From: Omnitrophica bacterium GWA2_41_15
GTDB taxonomy: Bacteria > Omnitrophota > Gorgyraeia > Ghiorseimicrobiales > Ghiorseimicrobiaceae
Assembly: GCA_919902105.1 (NCBI GenBank)
Contig: CAKKQO010000023.1
Span: forward strand, 2,128 to 66,127
Length of the DNA stretch: 64,000 nucleotides
Direction: 5' to 3'
Position numbers and translations under genes: made by a program. The notes under the pieces are model-generated. The model worked only from the letters and a program-made list of their open reading frames with translations. It searched no databases and was not told the origin of the DNA. Position 1 is the first letter of the stretch; each line of letters opens with the position of its first letter. Below are positions 49,223-57,887 of the stretch, one piece after another.

Positions 49223-50413
49223 ATGGTTATCTTTCCCGATAAAAGGGGCCATTTTAAAGAATTCGGCGGTAAGTTTGTCCCAGAGACATTGATGGGCATG
49301 CTTAAAGACTTGGAAGAAAAATATCGCAAGATTAAGCAGGATAAAAAATTCCAAAGAGAATTAAGTTATTATCTTTCTGAGTACGCCGGCCGCCCTACGC
49401 CGCTATATCTTGCCGCAAACCTAAGCAGGAAAATAGGTGCGGCAAAAATTTATTTAAAACGCGAAGACCTTCTCCATACCGGAGCGCATAAGATAAATAA
49501 TACCTTAGGCCAGATTATTTTGGCCCGCGCAATGGGTAAAACTCGGATTATCGCTGAGACTGGCGCCGGACAACACGGCGTAGCTGTGGCTACGGTAGCC
49601 GCGATGTTTAATTTAGAATGCCACGTTTATATGGGAGAAGAGGATATAAAACGGCAGTCTTTAAATGTTTTCCGGATGCGTATGCTGGGTTCGGAAGTTA
49701 TTCCGGTATCAAGCGGAAGTAAAACCTTAAAAGACGCGATGAATGAGGCAATCAGAGATTGGGTTACTAATGTGCGTAATACCTATTATCTGATCGGCTC
49801 AACTGCCGGCCCGCATCCATACCCTGCGATTGTGCGAGATTTGCAGTCAGTTATTGGTAAAGAAACCAAAAGGCAAATTTTAAAGAAGGAAGGAAAACTT
49901 CCGGATTATTTGATTGCCTGTGTTGGAGGCGGAAGCAACTCTCTGGGGCTATTTTATCCTTTTTTAAAAGATAAGGTAAAATTTATCGGAGTTGAGGCCG
50001 CAGGTTTAGGCTTAGATAGCGGTAAACATGCCGCTACCTTATGCCGCGGCTCAAAGGGGATCCTGCACGGCTCTCTAAGTTATGTTTTACAAGATAAAGA
50101 CGGCCAGATAATACCAGCACATTCTATATCCGCAGGCTTAGATTATCCCGGTGTAGGCCCTGAACATAGTTTATTCAAAGAAACAAAACGCGCTGAATAC
50201 GCGGCAGTTACGGATAAAGAAGCGTTAGGCGGTTTTCATCTTTTGTGCAAAACCGAAGGGATAATCCCGGCTTTAGAATCCGCGCACGCACTTGCTTATA
50301 CAGTCAAAATCGGCCGTAAATTTAAAAAGAACGAAATTGTGGTAATCTGCCTTTCCGGCAGGGGAGATAAGGATATTAATACCGTGGCTGATACGATGGG
50401 AATGAAGTTATGA
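49223..50413 (+). CDS. trpB: Tryptophan synthase beta chain
   Basis: [17 protein letters not shown] (PLP Lys), [13 protein letters not shown]. Confidence 0.95.
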   Translation: MVIFPDKRGHFKEFGGKFVPETLMGMLKDLEEKYRKIKQDKKFQRELSYYLSEYAGRPTPLYLAANLSRKIGAAKIYLKREDLLHTGAHKINNTLGQIILARAMGKTRIIAETGAGQHGVAVATVAAMFNLECHVYMGEEDIKRQSLNVFRMRMLGSEVIPVSSGSKTLKDAMNEAIRDWVTNVRNTYYLIGSTAGPHPYPAIVRDLQSVIGKETKRQILKKEGKLPDYLIACVGGGSNSLGLFYPFLKDKVKFIGVEAAGLGLDSGKHAATLCRGSKGILHGSLSYVLQDKDGQIIPAHSISAGLDYPGVGPEHSLFKETKRAEYAAVTDKEALGGFHLLCKTEGIIPALESAHALAYTVKIGRKFKKNEIVVICLSGRGDKDINTVADTMGMKL

Positions 50414-51198
50414 GCCGTTTAAAAAATAAATTTAACGAATTAAAGCGAAAGAATAGATGCGCGTTTATTGCTTACATTACCGCAGGAGACCCTAATTTAT
50501 CCAAAACCAAAGAAATAGTTCAAGAGTTAGAAAAAAGCGGCGTGGATATTATTGAGTTAGGCGTTCCTTTTTCCGACCCTCTAGCCGACGGTCCGGTAAT
50601 ACAGGCGGCTTCCCAGCGTGCCTTAAAAAACGGGACTAGTCTAACAAAAATTATCCGCTTGGTAAAAGCTCTCCGTTTTAAAGTAAAAATTCCTCTATGT
50701 TTAATGTCTTATTACAATCCCATTTATAAAATGGGATTAGCGCATTTTGCGCAAATGGCATCCGAGGCGGGAGTGGACGGTGTAATCGTTCCGGATTTAC
50801 CGGTGGAGGAAGCCGGGCCTTTTATCCGCTGTGTCAGAAAGGCAAAATTAGACACGATATTTTTTGTTGCGCCGACGAGCGCAGGTGAGCGCATAAAGAA
50901 AACAGCCAATGCTTCAAGCGGGTTTATCTATTACATATCTTTAACGGGAATCACCGGAGCACGCAAAGAATTATCAAGAGATTTAAGGGGAAGGATTAAT
51001 TCAATAAAGAAATACAGCCGTAACCCGGTATGTGTTGGTTTTGGGGTATCCCGCCCTAAGCAGGTAAAAGAGCTTTCTAGTTTCTGCGACGGTGTAATCG
51101 TAGGCAGTGCTATTGTAAGTAGAGTATCTGCGAATTTAAAGGACAAAAATTTGGTGCATAAAGTTGGCAATTTTGTGCGGGGTTTAACTAATGTATAA
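50410..51198 (+). CDS. trpA: Tryptophan synthase alpha chain
   Basis: [30 protein letters not shown] motifs. Confidence 0.95.
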   Translation: MSRLKNKFNELKRKNRCAFIAYITAGDPNLSKTKEIVQELEKSGVDIIELGVPFSDPLADGPVIQAASQRALKNGTSLTKIIRLVKALRFKVKIPLCLMSYYNPIYKMGLAHFAQMASEAGVDGVIVPDLPVEEAGPFIRCVRKAKLDTIFFVAPTSAGERIKKTANASSGFIYYISLTGITGARKELSRDLRGRINSIKKYSRNPVCVGFGVSRPKQVKELSSFCDGVIVGSAIVSRVSANLKDKNLVHKVGNFVRGLTNV

Positions 51199-52456
51199 GA
51201 AAACTGTATTAGATAACGGCGTAAGGGTTGTCACGGCTAACATGCCCCAGATGAAATCAGTTTCCTTCGGTATCTGGTTTGGCGCCGGCGGAAGATTTGA
51301 GAACAAAGAGAATAGCGGCATTTCGCATTTCTTGGAGCATATGTGTTTTAAGGGTTCACGCCGTTATAGCGGACGCAAGATTAAAGAACTGATTGAAGGC
51401 GTCGGCGGCTCGCTTAACGGTTTTACATCCGAGGAGCTTACCTGCTATTTAGCTAAAATTCTTAATAAACATTTAGAGAGAGCTTTTGAGATAATGACCG
51501 ATATGTCGCTTAATCCTTTGGTAGATAAAACTGAACTGGAAAAAGAGAGATACGTCATATTAGAAGAAATCCGAATGTACCGCGACCAGCCGCAGAGTTA
51601 TGTGCACGAATTATTAGATGCTTTGCTTTGGCCACAACATCCCTTAGGTATGAATTTAGCCGGCACATTTGAGACGGTAAAGAAACTAACCCGCAATGAC
51701 CTCATTTCTTTTAAGGATAAATTTTATTCTGCCGAAAACTTAGTAGTAACGGCGGCTGGAGATATTACCCATGATAGATTAGCGGCTACTGTCCGAAAAT
51801 CATTGGCAAAATTACCGAAGTCCAAGAAGAATGAATTTATTCCTTTTAAATCTCAAGCCAAAAAAGCGCATAATCTTTTTTATAAAAAAACCGAGCAGAC
51901 GCATTTAACTTTAGGGTTTGGCAGTTTAAGGCGGGGCCATCCAGACAGGCATGTAGTTATGCTTATGCATATTATCTTGGGGGCAAATATGTCCAGCCGT
52001 TTATTCGACGAATTAAGGGAAAAACGGGGGTTGGCTTATGAAATAGGCACACAGGTTAAGTCTCTTCAGGAGACAGGCGCGTTTATTGTGCACGCCGGGG
52101 TAGATAACAAAAGAACCCTTGAGGCGATAGAGGTTATTTTGAGCGAGTTAAGCAGGATAAAAAAAGAAAAAGTAAGCCTATCCGAATTTAGGCGCGCAAA
52201 AGATTTTTATTTAGGCCAGCTGACCTTCGGTTTAGAACAAACTATGGAAGAGATGCTTTACATGGGAGAGCAGACTATATCCTTGGATAAGGTCAAGACT
52301 CAGGAAGAAATAATCAGAGAATTAAATAGAGTAAAAATAGAAGATTTAATGCGCGTTTCCGGAGATGTCTTTACGGATAAAAAAATTAATTTGGCTTTAA
52401 TCGGCCCGGTTTCCGATAAGGATAAGAGGAAGATAATCGAGGTACTTTCATTATAA
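51191..52456 (+). CDS. M16-family zinc peptidase (pitrilysin/insulinase-like)
   Basis: HFLEHMCFKG inverted zinc motif (HxxEH) plus a downstream E in EKERYVILEEI. Confidence 0.85.
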   Translation: MYKKTVLDNGVRVVTANMPQMKSVSFGIWFGAGGRFENKENSGISHFLEHMCFKGSRRYSGRKIKELIEGVGGSLNGFTSEELTCYLAKILNKHLERAFEIMTDMSLNPLVDKTELEKERYVILEEIRMYRDQPQSYVHELLDALLWPQHPLGMNLAGTFETVKKLTRNDLISFKDKFYSAENLVVTAAGDITHDRLAATVRKSLAKLPKSKKNEFIPFKSQAKKAHNLFYKKTEQTHLTLGFGSLRRGHPDRHVVMLMHIILGANMSSRLFDELREKRGLAYEIGTQVKSLQETGAFIVHAGVDNKRTLEAIEVILSELSRIKKEKVSLSEFRRAKDFYLGQLTFGLEQTMEEMLYMGEQTISLDKVKTQEEIIRELNRVKIEDLMRVSGDVFTDKKINLALIGPVSDKDKRKIIEVLSL

Positions 52457-52457
52457 T

Positions 52458-53450
52458 ATGCTTAAATTAGTTGTTTTATCGGCGTTAGGGCTTTTAGCTT
52501 TTTTATCCGCATTTTTCTCTGCCTCTGAGACCGCCCACATTGCTTTAAGTAAGATTAAACTAAGGCATATGCTCGCTAAGGGCGTAAAGAATGCTTCTAT
52601 CGTACAGCGTTTGATTTTAAATCTGGATACCTTTATTGCTACGATATTAGTCGGAAATAATTTGGTTAACACCGCAATCTCCGCTATTATTACGGCAATC
52701 TTTGTATATAAATTCGGCCCCAACTGGGGCGTAGTTGCCTCTACTTTTGTAACCACCTTTTTCCTTTTGATATTCTGCGAGATTACTCCAAAAATTTTAG
52801 CCTCGCAATATTCGGCACGGCTTGCGCTTTTAACCGCGCCTTTAATGGAAAGGATAATCCGCGTATTCAGGCCGTTTGCGGTTTTTTTTACCTCAATAAG
52901 CAGATTTTTAATTAAACTATTCGGCGGTTCGGCATCGGTCCGCGCCGCTTTAATTACCGAAGAAGAATTACGCCTGATGATTGAGGTAGGTAAGGAAGAA
53001 GGGGTAGTTAGCGAAGAAGAGAGAAAGATGCTGCACCGTATTTTTGAGTTCGGCGATACCGAAGTTAGCGACGTTATGGTCCCGAAAGAACAAATGGTTG
53101 CAGTTAACCTTAAGGCAGCCCCGGATGAATTATTAGATATTCTTGTAGAAGAGGGCCATGCCCGTATTCCGGTTTATGATGGTTCCATTGATAAGATTGT
53201 TGGTATAATCTATGCCCGCGACTTGCTTTATATACTTAGAGACAAAGGTTTATTCCTACTGCAGGATTTAGTCCGCCAGGCATGTTATGTTCCGGCTAAT
53301 TTACGGGTTAATGAATTATTGAGGAAATTCCAGTCAGATAAAATCCAGATAGCGGTGGTAGTAGACGAGAAAGAAAAGACGCTTGGGCTGGTGACGTTAG
53401 AGGACCTGATTGAGGAAATTGTCGGAGAGATTGAGGAGAAGCGAGAATAA
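52458..53450 (+). CDS. CNNM/DUF21 transmembrane plus CBS-pair protein (HlyC/CorC family, no CorC C-terminal domain)
   Basis: Four TM helices with the SASETA motif, then a tandem CBS region (VMVPKEQMV..., ARIPVYDGSIDKIVGII). Confidence 0.85.
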   Translation: MLKLVVLSALGLLAFLSAFFSASETAHIALSKIKLRHMLAKGVKNASIVQRLILNLDTFIATILVGNNLVNTAISAIITAIFVYKFGPNWGVVASTFVTTFFLLIFCEITPKILASQYSARLALLTAPLMERIIRVFRPFAVFFTSISRFLIKLFGGSASVRAALITEEELRLMIEVGKEEGVVSEEERKMLHRIFEFGDTEVSDVMVPKEQMVAVNLKAAPDELLDILVEEGHARIPVYDGSIDKIVGIIYARDLLYILRDKGLFLLQDLVRQACYVPANLRVNELLRKFQSDKIQIAVVVDEKEKTLGLVTLEDLIEEIVGEIEEKRE

Positions 53451-53453
53451 GCA

Positions 53454-53482
53454 TTGACCTTATGGTTTTTGGGTGTTATAAT
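53454..53482 (+). promoter_or_regulatory. Near-consensus sigma70 promoter
   Basis: TTGACC (53454-53459), 17-nt spacer, TGtTATAAT (extended -10; TATAAT at 53477-53482). Confidence 0.6.
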
Positions 53483-53687
53483 ATTTAAGAATTTAACTTA
53501 CAGAACAATAATGAATGTAAGTTGATTCTCCGAATTTATCCCCATTCGAAATTGGGAAGAAGGAATAACATATGACTCCTTGCTTAGGCGCTTGAAAATT
53601 TTTTGCTTCGCTTCAAAATTTTCTACGCAAGCTTCGGAGTTAAAATTACCCCGCCTTATGAGCGGGGAAATTTTAAGGAGGATTAAA

Positions 53688-53837
53688 ATGGCAGAAGAGG
53701 GATATTGTGTAAAGTGTAAAGCTAAGAAAATAATGAAAGATGAGCAGAAGGTGACAATGAAGAACGGCCGCGCGGCAGCAAAAGGTAAATGCCCGGATTG
53801 CGGTACAGGGATGTATAAGATATTAGGCAAAAAATAA
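53688..53837 (+). CDS. Small zinc-ribbon protein (DUF5679-like)
   Basis: CVKC ... CPDCG in 49 aa. AAGGAGG RBS 7 nt upstream. The longer ORF from 53580 is not supported. Confidence 0.6.
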   Translation: MAEEGYCVKCKAKKIMKDEQKVTMKNGRAAAKGKCPDCGTGMYKILGKK

Positions 53838-53860
53838 TTCATCAGTTAGCATGGTACAAA

Positions 53861-53912
53861 CAGCGGCCAGATTGCTTTAATATTATTGGGGCAAGCTGCC
53901 CGCTGTTTTTTT
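53861..53912 (+). terminator. Probable intrinsic terminator
   Basis: CAGCGGCCAG ... CTGCCCGCTG stem followed by TTTTTTT (53906-53912). The loop is unusually long. Confidence 0.5.
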
Positions 53913-53916
53913 GTTT

Positions 53917-54261
53917 ATGGTTATAGACATATTAGATAAAGCAAAGCTGGCAGTAAAACTTGCAGAGGATAAAAAGTGCGAAAATCCTATTATTTTGCAT
54001 ATAAGTAAAGTATCCAATCTCTGCGATTACTTTGTAATTCTTAGCGCTGAGTCCTCCAGGCGAGTAGAGACAATTGCCGAGGCAATAAAAGATGGTTTTG
54101 AAAAAAAGAGTATTAAAATTTTGCATTACGAAGGCAAAGATACCTGTCTTTGGGTATTATTAGATACTGGCGATGTAATTGTGCATGTTTTTCGTTCGGA
54201 TATGAGGGAGTTTTATGCCTTAGAAAGGCTTTGGTCTAGCGCAGAAGTAATTAAGTTATGA
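53917..54261 (+). CDS. rsfS: Ribosome silencing factor RsfS (iojap family)
   Basis: DYFVI..G.S.R....A pattern, VVHVF-like segment, YALE.LW end. Confidence 0.85.
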   Translation: MVIDILDKAKLAVKLAEDKKCENPIILHISKVSNLCDYFVILSAESSRRVETIAEAIKDGFEKKSIKILHYEGKDTCLWVLLDTGDVIVHVFRSDMREFYALERLWSSAEVIKL

Positions 54262-55919
54262 TAAAGACTGAGTTAGAAGAAGAAATTAGCGCCTTAATAG
54301 AAAATTCTGTAAGCCAAATTGCTCAAGGTGAGGGAAGTAGTAAGCTGGCCTTGAGTTCTCTTGAAGTGAGCGATGAGTCAACCCATGGCGACCTCTCCTC
54401 AAATGCGGCCTTGCAATTAAGCAAGAGTATTAAAAAAAATCCCCGCCTTATCGCCGATTCCCTCATGCAAATTCTGAATAAAGAAATTGCGGATTCTTCT
54501 CTTAAAGATGTAATTGGGAAAATCGAAATTGCCGGAGCCGGTTTTATCAATTTTTTTATTAAAGACGAATACTTTTACCAAAAGATAGATGAAATTATAA
54601 AATTGGACAGTAATTTCGGAAGAATTGATATCGGCAGAAAAGAAAAGGCGCAAATTGAATTTGTCAGCGCAAATCCCACCGGGCCTTTAAGCATTGCCCA
54701 TGCCCGGCAAGCCGCGGTAGGGGATAGCCTCGCCAGGATAATGGAATTTTTAGGTTTTAGTGTAACACGCGAATATTATCTTAATGATGAGGGTAATCAG
54801 GTTAATATTCTAGGTGAATCCATCAAACTGCGGCTTAAAGAATTACAAGGCGAAAAGATAGATTTCCCCGAAGATTATTATCAGGGAGACTATATTAAGG
54901 AAATAGCGGCAAAAATTTCCGCCAATGGCGGAAAAAATCATAATTTCAATTTTTCCGAGTACGGAATAAAGTACATTTTAGACGGGATTAAGAAAGATTT
55001 GGCGGATTTTAACGTTGAGTTTGACGCCTGGTCATCGCAGGCGGCTTTAACAAAAAGCGGAAAGATTGAAGAAGCAATAGAATTTTTAAGGAAAAAAGGC
55101 TTTATCTATGAGCGTGATGATGCGGTTTGGTTTAAATCGACGCTATTCGGAGATGATAAGGACCGCGTGGTAATAAAGAGCGATAAAAGCTACACTTATC
55201 TGGCACCCGATATCGCTTATCATAAAGATAAATTTGCGCAGGGATTTAAACGGGTAATTAATTTATGGGGGCCGGACCATCACGGTTATATCCCGCGTAT
55301 CCGCGCGGCTGTTTCTGCGTTAGGGCAGGAGAAAGATACTCTTTCTGTAGTAATTGTGCAGTTAGTTACATTATTGCGCGAAGGTAAAGTTGTGCCGATG
55401 TCTACCAGAAAGGCAAGCTATGTAACCCTGCGTCAGATTATTGACGAAGTAGGCAAAGATGCGGCGCGTTTTTTTCTCGTGGGAAGGCGTGTTTCCAGCC
55501 ACTTAGATTTTGATTTAGAGTTGGCTAAAAAAGAATCTCAGGAGAATCCAGTGTATTATATCCAGTATGCCTTTGCGCGGATTTCCAGTATCCTGCATAA
55601 AGAAAAAGAGGAAGGTTTTGTACAAGGCAATGCCGATTTAGGGCTGCTTAAAGAAGCGGAAGAATTATTGCTTACGCGCAAGCTAAGCCAATTCCCGCGC
55701 TCTTTAAGCCTATGTTTAGACATGCTTGATCCTTATCCGCTTACGCAGTATCTGACAGAGTTAGCCGCAGATTTTCATAGATTTTACGACAAACATAAGG
55801 TTTTAGATGCAGCGCGCGCTAATTTAAGCCAGGCGCGCCTAAAGTTGGTTAATGCTGTTAAAATCGTGCTAAGAAATGGCCTTTCGCTTTTAGGTTTATC
55901 TACACCGGAGAAGATGTAA
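54258..55919 (+). CDS. argS: Arginyl-tRNA synthetase
   Basis: FVSANPTGPL.IAH (HIGH region), an MSTRK variant of KMSKS, and a C-terminal DALR anticodon-binding domain. Confidence 0.95.
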   Translation: MIKTELEEEISALIENSVSQIAQGEGSSKLALSSLEVSDESTHGDLSSNAALQLSKSIKKNPRLIADSLMQILNKEIADSSLKDVIGKIEIAGAGFINFFIKDEYFYQKIDEIIKLDSNFGRIDIGRKEKAQIEFVSANPTGPLSIAHARQAAVGDSLARIMEFLGFSVTREYYLNDEGNQVNILGESIKLRLKELQGEKIDFPEDYYQGDYIKEIAAKISANGGKNHNFNFSEYGIKYILDGIKKDLADFNVEFDAWSSQAALTKSGKIEEAIEFLRKKGFIYERDDAVWFKSTLFGDDKDRVVIKSDKSYTYLAPDIAYHKDKFAQGFKRVINLWGPDHHGYIPRIRAAVSALGQEKDTLSVVIVQLVTLLREGKVVPMSTRKASYVTLRQIIDEVGKDAARFFLVGRRVSSHLDFDLELAKKESQENPVYYIQYAFARISSILHKEKEEGFVQGNADLGLLKEAEELLLTRKLSQFPRSLSLCLDMLDPYPLTQYLTELAADFHRFYDKHKVLDAARANLSQARLKLVNAVKIVLRNGLSLLGLSTPEKM

Positions 55920-57608
55920 ATGATGCACAAAAGATGGAATATAGCCGAACCTGATTGTTCCCTCCGAGACTTGCTCAGTAATTCATTAGGCATTCCTTCG
56001 GTTTTAGCCCAAATACTTATCAACAGGAACATACGCACAAAAGAAGAAGCGGATATGTTTATGCGTTCTGATATGTCTTTCTTACATAGCCCTTTATCTT
56101 TACCGGATATAGACAAAGCAATCGCACGGATAAAACAGGCAATAAAAAATAATGAGAAAGTATTTTTATTCGGAGATTATGATGTGGACGGAGTCACTTC
56201 CTGCGCGCTTTTGAAACTGACGCTTGAAAAATTAGGGCTTCAGGTTAAGTATTGCCTTCCTCACCGCGTAAAAGACGGATACGGCATAAATAAGAAGGCG
56301 ATAGATTTTGTTAGAAAAGAAAAATTTGATTTATTTATCAGTGTCGACTGCGGTATAACTAATTTTAAAGAAATAGAGTTACTCAATAGTTACGGAATCG
56401 ACAGCATTATTATCGACCACCACGAGCCGCAAGAAAAATTGCCCAACGCCCTTGCCGTGGTTGACCCTAAGCTAAAAGGGCATAAATATCCCTTTAGGGA
56501 TTTAGCAGCAGTAGGGGTAGTTTATAAAGTATGCCAGCAGTTATGCTCCGATTCGCTGATAGATGATTTAGATTTAGTTTTATTGGGGACAGTGGCGGAT
56601 GTAGTACCCTTAGTCGGAGAAAATAGGATACTTGTCCGCGAAGGCCTTCTACGTTTGGCTCATACGAAGAAACCCGGGATAGCCGCATTAATCGATGTCT
56701 GTCGTATCAAAGGCAGAGAATTTGATCCTTATGACGTAAGTTTTATTTTGGGCCCGCGGCTAAACGCCGCAGGCCGCGTGAGTTCTGCGGAAATCGCCTT
56801 TAACCTATTGACTGCCTCATCAGCCTCAGAGGCGAAGGATTTGGCAGAGCAGTTGGATATAGAAAATAAAAGGCGCCGGGATATTGAGAGAGGGATATTG
56901 GATGAGGCCTTAGCCAAGGTTGAGAGCGAGGTAAATTTTAAAGACCACAACGTCATTGTCTTAAGCTCTGAAGGCTGGCATCAGGGAGTTTTAGGCATTG
57001 TTGCCTCGCGTCTGGCAGAAAGGTTTTACCGCCCGACCGTAATTATTTCTACGAATAAATCTCTCGGAAGGGGCTCAGCCCGTTCTATCAGGGATTTTCA
57101 TATATTTGACGCCCTTTCTCAATGCGGAGAATTGTTAGAGACATACGGAGGCCATTCGCATGCGGCGGGCCTGACTATTTTAGAAAGTAATATTGAGAAG
57201 TTTAAGGTTCTAATAAATGAAGTTGCTAAAATGGCCTTAGAGCCGTCTGATTTAATCCGTAGTTTAGATATAGATACAGAGGCGAATTTGGGCGATATCT
57301 CTCTGGATTTAATTTCTGGATTAGAGAAGTTAGCGCCTTTTGGAATGGGCAATCCCGAACCGACATTTGTAACTTACAATCTTTTTCTAAGGGGCCGGCC
57401 CAGCCTTTTAGGAAAAAATACGCTGAAATTCTGGGTTTCTGACGGAAGATTTACTTATCCAGTGGTAGGTTTCGGTATGGCCGATAAGTTCGATTTTATC
57501 TCTGAAAATAGAAGGATAGATTTGGCTTATTCCGCGTCCTTAGATTCTTGGCAGGATAGTCATCAGGCGCAGCTTAACCTAAAAGACGCTAGGGCTTCCC
57601 AGCCTTAA
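55920..57608 (+). CDS. recJ: Single-stranded-DNA-specific exonuclease RecJ
   Basis: DHH motifs (GDYDVDG, VDCG, IIDHH) and DHHA1 (GGH..AAG). Confidence 0.93.
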   Translation: MMHKRWNIAEPDCSLRDLLSNSLGIPSVLAQILINRNIRTKEEADMFMRSDMSFLHSPLSLPDIDKAIARIKQAIKNNEKVFLFGDYDVDGVTSCALLKLTLEKLGLQVKYCLPHRVKDGYGINKKAIDFVRKEKFDLFISVDCGITNFKEIELLNSYGIDSIIIDHHEPQEKLPNALAVVDPKLKGHKYPFRDLAAVGVVYKVCQQLCSDSLIDDLDLVLLGTVADVVPLVGENRILVREGLLRLAHTKKPGIAALIDVCRIKGREFDPYDVSFILGPRLNAAGRVSSAEIAFNLLTASSASEAKDLAEQLDIENKRRRDIERGILDEALAKVESEVNFKDHNVIVLSSEGWHQGVLGIVASRLAERFYRPTVIISTNKSLGRGSARSIRDFHIFDALSQCGELLETYGGHSHAAGLTILESNIEKFKVLINEVAKMALEPSDLIRSLDIDTEANLGDISLDLISGLEKLAPFGMGNPEPTFVTYNLFLRGRPSLLGKNTLKFWVSDGRFTYPVVGFGMADKFDFISENRRIDLAYSASLDSWQDSHQAQLNLKDARASQP

Positions 57609-57807
57609 TACATTTTGTGCAGGCATAGACTCTTTGAGCCCTGCCGTTAACAATAATTTTAATTTTTTGCAGGTTAGGTATAAATTTACGCGGGGTAGTG
57701 CGGGTAGTTTTTTGTCCTACGCCGCCTTTTTTCTTAGCTAACCCCCGGCGGATAATTATATTTCCGACAACTGTTCCTTTGCCGCAAATAGCGCATTGTT
57801 TAGCCAT
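57589..57807 (-). CDS. rpmB: 50S ribosomal protein L28 (Cys-containing form)
   Basis: MAKQCAICGKG..., N.R.F.PNLQ, C-terminal CTKC. It is the only minus-strand gene, and its 3' end overlaps recJ by 20 nt. Confidence 0.95.
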   Translation of the reverse strand: MAKQCAICGKGTVVGNIIIRRGLAKKKGGVGQKTTRTTPRKFIPNLQKIKIIVNGRAQRVYACTKCIKAGKP

Positions 57808-57887
57808 TTTTACTTCCTTGTTGGGCTGGTTGATAATTTAGGTAACCTATATAGTTTACTCAAAAATACGTTAAAGTCAACCAAAAT

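Noticed and set aside
53580-53687. A 36-codon upstream extension of the zinc-ribbon ORF, and a 114-aa antisense ORF (53498-53842)
   Set aside because: No RBS is present. The extension sequence derives from the leader hairpins, whereas a strong AAGGAGG precedes ATG 53688.
53489-53687. 6S RNA
   Set aside because: The length and strong promoter fit. However, I could not trace the long closing helix and central bubble characteristic of 6S by eye. The question is left open as a generic leader/sRNA candidate.
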